A stretch of 63,858 bases of DNA, filler included, from Octopus bimaculoides (Eukaryota), in assembly GCF_001194135.2 (NCBI RefSeq). It is 5 parts of 4 records of this genome, joined end to end, with 100 filler letters (N's around TTAATTAATTAA, not from the genome) between each part and the next. Parts side by side here need not be neighbours in the genome. Positions count along the whole stretch, not along the records: positions 52,585 to 59,880 come from NC_068983.1; positions 59,981 to 63,858 come from NC_068986.1; 3 more parts are not named here. The stretch is one strand, 5' to 3'. A program made the position numbers and the translations under genes. The notes under the pieces were generated by a model that ran no database searches, was not told the DNA's origin, and saw only the letters and a program-made list of their open reading frames with translations. This document shows, piece after piece, positions 56,300 to 63,858 of the stretch. Within the stretch, counting starts at the first letter, position 1. Each line of letters begins with the position of its first letter.

Positions 56300-57700
56300 T
56301 CTAGTGATAATTTATTATAGCTTCCTTCTTGCATTAGTCTACTTCCTTTCTATATTTGCATTAAATATAACATGTCTGTGCTAGATGTTTTGTAATGTAT
56401 TCTAACTGCAATCATTATTTTTCGTTTTTTTTGTTAATTCATGGAGCGAAAAATTGAGAAAATATAGCTAAAAATGTATTGCTGGAACGCATAGAGCATT
56501 TATAGATGTTGCCTGTTTTTGTCATTTAACTCTGCTTTAATTATTTATTTACTGTGTTGTACTGTGGCTTAGTACTTCCTAGGTATTTGTTTCCTGCACT
56601 TCATCAATTTTAAATTAATCTCTTTTCTTTTCAAGGTCAATTGACTTGGCCGAATATTAAACCAATTCTTCTACTAAATCCATGCATTGTCAGTAGCAGT
56701 GTCTCTAGTTATTTATCATATGCAGAGGTGAACTTCATGTCGTTTTATTTTTTAAAAACGTATTTTATTGTTCCCTCTTTGCATTTCTATCTGGATACAG
56801 TGTAATTAAACATATCGGTCAAAGGTGTTAGCGCCAGACAGAAAATGAGTGGATAGAAAAAGCATGGAGAGCCTGTTTGCGATAATTTTCTTATGATAAA
56901 AATGGAGGTTAGTTTTACAATTTCCGCATTTAACTGTATCTAAAGAACGTTTGCCAATTACTCACGACTTGGTTAAAATATCTCATTATATGAGCAACAT
57001 TTCTGAAGAGAGCGCTTTCTATGATCTACATGTGGACACTAAGGGAAATATTCTAGCAGCCAATCTATGCCATTTACGAAACCTATATTCTCTACTGATC
57101 AGTGAATGTACTTTATAACCAAATGAGCATTTGCAGTGTCTTTTTTCTCCCTTGAAAAAATATATACATTTAACCTTTGCAATATTATTAAAATGAATGG
57201 CATTGCAAAGTGTAGGGTCTGTAGTTTTACGGGTGATTATTAATTGGGTAAAATCAAAATGTTTTCCTCTTCAAGGGTTGTCCCTAGCTTCTCCAGTGTT
57301 TTATTAAATTTCTTTCGTACTAAATAAGATATTAGATCCCTATATATTCCTGTGATTAATCAGAAGGTTAGGAATTTCTCATTTCCTGCTGCCTTCCAGT
57401 TTTTGTATGATAGTCTACGATCATTTGAGACAGTGACCGTTGTTGTGAACAATCTTGCTTATCTTGATACCGTTGCTGTTCACAATCCTCTCCAAAATTG
57501 TTTTAGTTCTTTTGCGGTTGAATATGCATTTATTACTTTTTTTTATTTTTTCCTAATTTATAACAAAGTCGTTTGGAGTTGTGGCCAGTCTGCTTTGTTC
57601 AAGAAATTCTTGTTGCTTGTCACACCAAACAATTATTCTCAGTTTATTACGATGATCTCTGGCTTCATGCGTTTTGTTTTGTTCTCAAGTTTCTGTTAAT
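56300..57700 (-). mobile_element. Highly decayed RT-bearing LINE remnant
   Basis: NYRP motif near 57225 and KQFWRG near 57500 on the minus strand; no continuous ORF. Confidence 0.4.
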
Positions 57701-57772
57701 ACTTGTCTGTCTTTCTCTCTGCTCCCCTCCCTCCCTCGCTCCATCTATCTATCTACCTACCTACCTACCTAC

Positions 57773-57836
<64 letters not shown>

Positions 57837-58538
57837 TCCCACTCTCTGTCTTTCTCTGTATTCTGCTCTTTCTTTTGGTCTTTTCTTTATTAGTTTAATA
57901 CATTATTGCAAGATATATGAAAGATATATTTGTTGTACTCGAATTGTTTTTATTTTAGTTAAGGACGTGATATTGATTTTCCTATTTGATTAAGTTTGAG
58001 TTTGTATTCTTCTTATTTCATCGTTGAGTTTGATCCTCTGGTGGTGCTTTTATTGACTCCAAGAGCCTCTGTTAAACTAACCAACAACCACATATTTCGA
58101 AAGTGTGTATAAAGTGACGAAACCGTATGACAGGAAGTGGTCCAGCGTCCTCGTACTTCTGATTTGTCGGTTTATATTGAATAAGTTATATTACGAGACG
58201 GATCCGGCTTTTAACCAAGTAAGACTTGAGAATCAAAAGACAGGCTTACTTTAATGAGGTATTGTGGCTATTGCGAAAAAATTCTGTGGAGAATGCGGTT
58301 GAAAGTTTTAAGGACAGAATTTATTTGACAGTCAGAACCTCATCATATTCTTCAACTATTATGTGGGGAGAACAAAGTGATAGGTTCTGTTTACACTTTT
58401 CAAATTCACATTAAATAGTTTTAATTTAACGTATAAAGTTCCACTGTTATATACATAACTACCAAATGTAATGTAATATTTGTGGGCAGAACATGAGCGA
58501 TAATAATAATGTCTTTAGTATTTAGTTGTCTGCTATTA

Positions 58539-58864
58539 GGAGTACTCCGTCGGTTACGACGACGAGGGTCCCAGCTGATACAATCAACGGAATAGCTTGC
58601 TCGTGAAATTAACGTGCAAGTGACTGAGCAATCCACAGACACGTGTACCCCTAACGTAGTTCTCAGGGAGATTCAGCGTGACACAGAGTGTGACAAGGCT
58701 GGCCCTTTGAAATACAGGTACTACTCATTTTTGCCAGCTGAGTGGATTGGATCAACGTGAAATAAAGTGTCTTGCTCAAGGACACAACGCGTCGCCGGGA
58801 ATTGAACTCACGACCTTACGATCGTGAGCCGAATGCCCTAACCACTAAGCCACGTGCCTTCACT
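58539..58864 (-). mobile_element. Full-length tRNA-derived SINE
   Basis: A box TGGCTTAGTGG and B box GAGTTCAATTCC, followed by a body shared with the copies at 14417, 18209 and 5839. Confidence 0.9.
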
Positions 58865-59342
58865 ACTTGTCTGCCATTAATGAATCATACATTTCACATA
58901 CACAAGACACACATAGAGAAATATGAAATGCATTAAATGCTTACAAATCCATACGCAGATTCAGTTGTAGTTACATAAGTGGGATATATATTTGTTCATA
59001 TTTAAACATTGGAATTGAGTTTATGAAATTTTAGGTAATAAATGAGAGAGAACTAAACCCGCAGAACAGATATTAACCAACCGCCGCGTTTTGGTTGAAT
59101 CAAATATGTTATTACCGTCGAATGGACGGATTTGGTCATGAAACACTGCTTGTTTTCACTCTGAAACTCGGTTATCACCAGCGCATGCTTAGTCTATAGG
59201 CATTTATCTCACTCCTTCTCTCTCTCTCCCTCTTTCTTTCTTACTCTCCATTTCACTCACACATTCATATATCCGTGCGAGTGTATTGAGTAGTAATATT
59301 AAAAACATGCATACATACATACATACATACATACATTCATAC

Positions 59343-59389
<47 letters not shown>

Positions 59390-59980
59390 TGTATGTATAT
59401 ATGCACATACACTAGAACGGAAAACAATTTTCAAAGGTCAAGTCTCTTTATCAAAATAAATCACTTTGCATCATAGGCCTATTCATATACAGTATCAATT
59501 CAAGTACAAATATATAAATCATGAACGTGTATAATACATAAATGTACCTGCATTAAAACATTCAGTGTTAGGCATTCAAATTTTACGAATCGATGACGAG
59601 GTTAAAAGGTAAGAATCCAAGGAGCGGTAGTGTAACGATGAATTAGGATGAATCTTTAGTGAGTACATATTCTCACTGCACCTTATTGCTCTATAGGAGC
59701 ACTAATGAGTTGCGCTGTATTGAATGATATCCTTTTGATATACTTCTCATAATTATTCTACACACACACACGCACACACACACACACACACACACACCCA
59801 CATATATATACATATATACGTATATATATGTATATATATGTATATATATATATGCATATGTATATATATATATATATATANNNNNNNNNNNNNNNNNNNN
59901 NNNNNNNNNNNNNNNNNNNNNNNNTTAATTAATTAANNNNNNNNNNNNNNNNNNNNNNNNNNNNNNNNNNNNNNNNNNNN

Positions 59981-60029
<49 letters not shown>

Positions 60030-60469
60030 TCATATAATGATATCTACCAAATGTATTGGTAGGATAAAACATGTAATCGTTACCAAAATATCAAAAATTC
60101 GTCCACAAAGGTCTATAGTAAACTACTAATGAATCGATCTCCTTCGTTATATATCAAAATAATTAAATAAGAGCGTTGACGCTAAATCCATATATATTCA
60201 AGTTTATTACCTATGTATACATTTCTGTATAAAGTCAAATTCAACTCTTAATTCAAGTTAAATAAGTAAATTACCTTACACGTCCTCAGGGTAAAAAGTA
60301 AACACCAAATAAGGTTTATAATCTTTAAGACTGATCCATATTCAAAATTCCTCCTGAATAAAAGTCCGTCTAAGGGAGAAAACCCTAATAATATTATTAA
60401 TTATAAACAATCAAGTAATACAAATTATTGAACACTGATAATAAATTCTAAACTAATGGAAATCTATAT

Positions 60470-61060
60470 TATATTATCTCTAGAAGCACCACCGTTGACA
60501 GTGCTATACCATTATTTCAGACCTCTTCTGATATGTGACATTTGGGGAATAGGGATTTTGATGCTGCTATCCTCATCTGTGTTTTCTGCCGTGAGGTAGG
60601 CTCATCTGGAACCCTTGACAGGAGGAGATCCACTTTTGTTTTGAAGACACCTACATCCGTACTATGCAGGTCTCTCAGACATTTTGGAAGGATATTGAAA
60701 GCTGTGTGTCCTTGAAAACTAATTTGTTGTAGTATCTGTTCATGTATTTTGTTGGTGATGCTGGTACCTTTGGCACTATGCTGTTTCTGTACCTTTCATG
60801 CCAAAGTTCGATACAAAATCTTTCTGGATTTTTCGTATGTATATCACTGCATATCTTTCCCACCATCGTTCTAAGGAGAGGAGTTTTAACTCTTTCAGTT
60901 TTTCTCAGTAGTTTGATACGTTGCACTGAGACAATTTTCTGTGTGTAGCTTCGATGGACAGCTTTGAGTTCCACCGTTAATTTTATATTGTGCGGTAACC
61001 ATTGTTGGGAGCAGTAGTCCATGATCTGTTGTGTCTGGGGAGAGATATTCTCTTTTAGTT
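60470..61060 (-). mobile_element. CR1/L2-group LINE 3' end
   Basis: ...RYYNKLVFKDTQL / FNILPKCLRDLHSTDVGVFKTKVDLLLSRVPDEP, typical C-terminus of this LINE group. Confidence 0.8.
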
Positions 61061-63858
61061 CCTTATAAATTAACACACTCACAGGTAAAATATATATATA
61101 TATGATTAATGAGTGAGACGGAAGATAAAAGTTACGAGAAAGTAGAACGTGATTCACCGGCAAACTACTATATACATACCGTACAAAGAGTACACACCCA
61201 GATATTCTTAATTTGCATCTGCGACGAACACACACGTGCCAGCGTTGAAGGTAATTGTTTTAGACATCTAGTGTTTTTTACATGTTTTTTCTCACTACCT
61301 TTTTTAATAGTTTGCGCACTATATTTACTAATTTTCGCTGTCTATGGTATTTTGATGAATTTGTTGAATCAACTATTATCTTTATGTTTATATATGCATG
61401 TAGTTAGGTTGCTTGGTATATATGTAAAGAACACACAAGTGCCTGCGTTGACCGGTAGTGAAAACATGGAAATATTACTAGACAGAAGGCCGTAAGACAA
61501 GGAAAATACACCGAAGACTTAGTAAGAAGAAATAGTGAAAAAAGAAATCAAAGAGGAACAACCTGCAAGATATTTTCAAGAACCACATAAGAATATCTTT
61601 TACTCTCTGTGGGTATCACACACATCTTTGATCCACTATAAAAAAAAAGAAAAAATCGATCATCTTTATTTTACATATTCATGTCTTCAATGACTTTAGA
61701 TGTACTGAGTTTAAAATATTATGTTAAATTGTTCTTATGAGCAATGACGAAAATGAGATGGAGCCATAGACGACACGCTGTTAATGATAAATGAATAATA
61801 TTAAAACACGCTTTTCTTATCCTCAGTCCACTTTTCACCCTCCGATAACAATTTGTTAACAGAAAACGTTGAAGTAATTCTCTCCCCTGAAACATAAGCA
61901 CCCTCTCTTCCACTCTCCTTCTTTCTCATTCAGACCCTCACTTTTCCTCTCCTTCTCTCCCCCTCTCTCTTTCACTGCCGTTATGAGGTAGACTCCAGTA
62001 AATATGATATACATACATACACACACACACGCATGCACACAGGCACACACACATATATGTGTGTGCGTGTATATATATATATATATATATATATNNNNNN
62101 NNNNNNNNNNNNNNNNNNNNNNNNNNNNNNNNNNNNNNNNNNNNNNNNNNNNNNNNNNNNNNNNNNNNNNNNNNNNNNNNNNNNNNNNNNNNNNNNNNNN
62201 NNNNNNNNNNNNNNNNNNNNNNNNNNNNNNNNNNNNNNNNNNNNNNNNNNNNNNNNNNNNNNNNNNNNNNNNNNNNNNNNNNNNNNNNNNNNNNNNNNNN
62301 NNNNNNNNNNNNNNNNNNNNNNNNNNNNNNNNNNNNNNNNNNNNNNNNNNNNNNNNNNNNNNNNNNNNNNNNNNNNNNNNNNNNNNNNNNNNNNNNNNNN
62401 NNNNNNNNNNNNNNNNNNNNNNNNNNNNNNNNNNNNNNNNNNNNNNNNNNNNNNNNNNNNNNNNNNNNNNNNNNNNNNNNNNNNNNNNNNNNNNNNNNNN
62501 NNNNNNNNNNNNNNNNNNNNNNNNNNNNNNNNNNNNNNNNNNNNNNNNNNNNNNNNNNNNNNNNNNNNNNNNNNNNNNNNNNNNNNNNNNNNNNNNNNNN
62601 NNNNNNNNNNNNNNNNNNNNNNNNNNNNNNNNNNNNNNNNNNNNNNNNNNNNNNNNNNNNNNNNNNNNNNNNNNNNNNNNNNNNNNATATATATGTATGT
62701 ATACACACACACACACAAACACACATATATATGACTTTACAAATTCGCTTTTGTGTGTGATCATATTAAACGGTGAAAGAAGTAATTAGTTGAATTATCT
62801 GGAAATGAACTTCAAAGACTCCTAAAACTGTATATAAATATGTATGACCCTTCTATAGATTTCTATCAATATCACTCTATCTCACCCCACGTCTGTCCTG
62901 TCTCTCCGTCTCTTTCTCTTATTTTCCTGTTTTCTCTCTCTCACCCTTTTCCTCCTTGTATTCTATACTCTCGCTCGTCTGCTGTATGCCTGTTCTCTCA
63001 AATCTTTGCTCTTTCTTGCTCACCCTCATTCACACTTATCTCATTCTCTCTCTCTCGCTCTCCCATTCATTCTCTCCCACTATCAATCTCTCTGTCTCTT
63101 GCTCTCTCTCACTGCCTCACTATTTTCTTTCTCTTTCTTCCTCACGTTCTTTTAAACCTACGCACCCCTTCTTTCATTGAAACACATGCATAACTCCACA
63201 TATGAACCATACAACACACAAACGCACCCATACGTATTTGAAACAAAATATACACACACACAAACACGAAGAAAGACACACACATACGTAAAATAACATG
63301 TACACACTCGTACTGACACAAGCTCACACATGCGCGCGCACTCCCATCCCTACTCTCTCGCGAGCGATCCGCTATCATTTGTACACACTCGCACTGACAC
63401 AAACTCACATATGCGCGCGCACCCATATCCCTAGTTACTCGCACGCACATACAGAACCACGCACGCTCGCGCGCAATACACCGTCAGTCACCTGGCACGT
63501 GGATTACATTAGTCGAGCAACTAACAATGTTGATTACGATTTACTTAATTATTCTCTTTTTATCAACAATCTGAAATGTTATTCAGTAAATATATATTTC
63601 TTATTTGAAATTTCCTCCATCATTGTTGCTGTAGCTATTGCCATGCTTGTTATTTTCCCTGCTTTTTAGTGGTTTTTTTTTTGTTTTAGTTTGTTTATTT
63701 ACTTTTGTCGCTATTTTTTGTTTTTATACATGGTACATTTGATAATGTCATTTTTGTTGCTTTTATTGTTTTTGTTTTCAAAGTTGATGTAAATTTTATT
63801 GTTATTTTGTTTGCTCGTGACTGAAATATAGTGATGTGAGGTGGAATCTTGGAAACTA

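Overview
AT-rich, microsatellite-saturated, gap-riddled animal genomic scaffold. The SINE families and repeat landscape suggest an octopus/cephalopod (inference). I found no intact protein-coding gene; nearly all long ORFs in the track are simple-repeat or N-gap artefacts. Manual exon stitching gives three multi-exon gene relics with canonical GT-AG boundaries but many stops and frameshifts. Their translations are colinear with cilium/centriole proteins: (1) WDR90/POC16-like (CFAP20/DUF667 domain + WD40 repeats), minus strand, about 41.5 kb down to at least 19.6 kb and possibly 9 kb; (2) MKS1-like (B9 domain), plus strand, 42.85-47.7 kb, head-to-head with (1); (3) a weaker TMEM107-like relic, minus strand, 52.2-50.1 kb. 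A consensus-quality RFX X-box with an adjacent CCAAT box lies between (1) and (2). All homology calls come from visual comparison with human protein sequences recalled from memory, not from database searches. The rest of the window is transposon debris (Tx1/L1 LINE, several Dong/R4-type fragments in (TAA)n tracts, a CR1-group 3' end, mariner fragments, a TIR element with TTAGGG repeats, many tRNA-derived SINEs), microsatellites and several inverted repeats.
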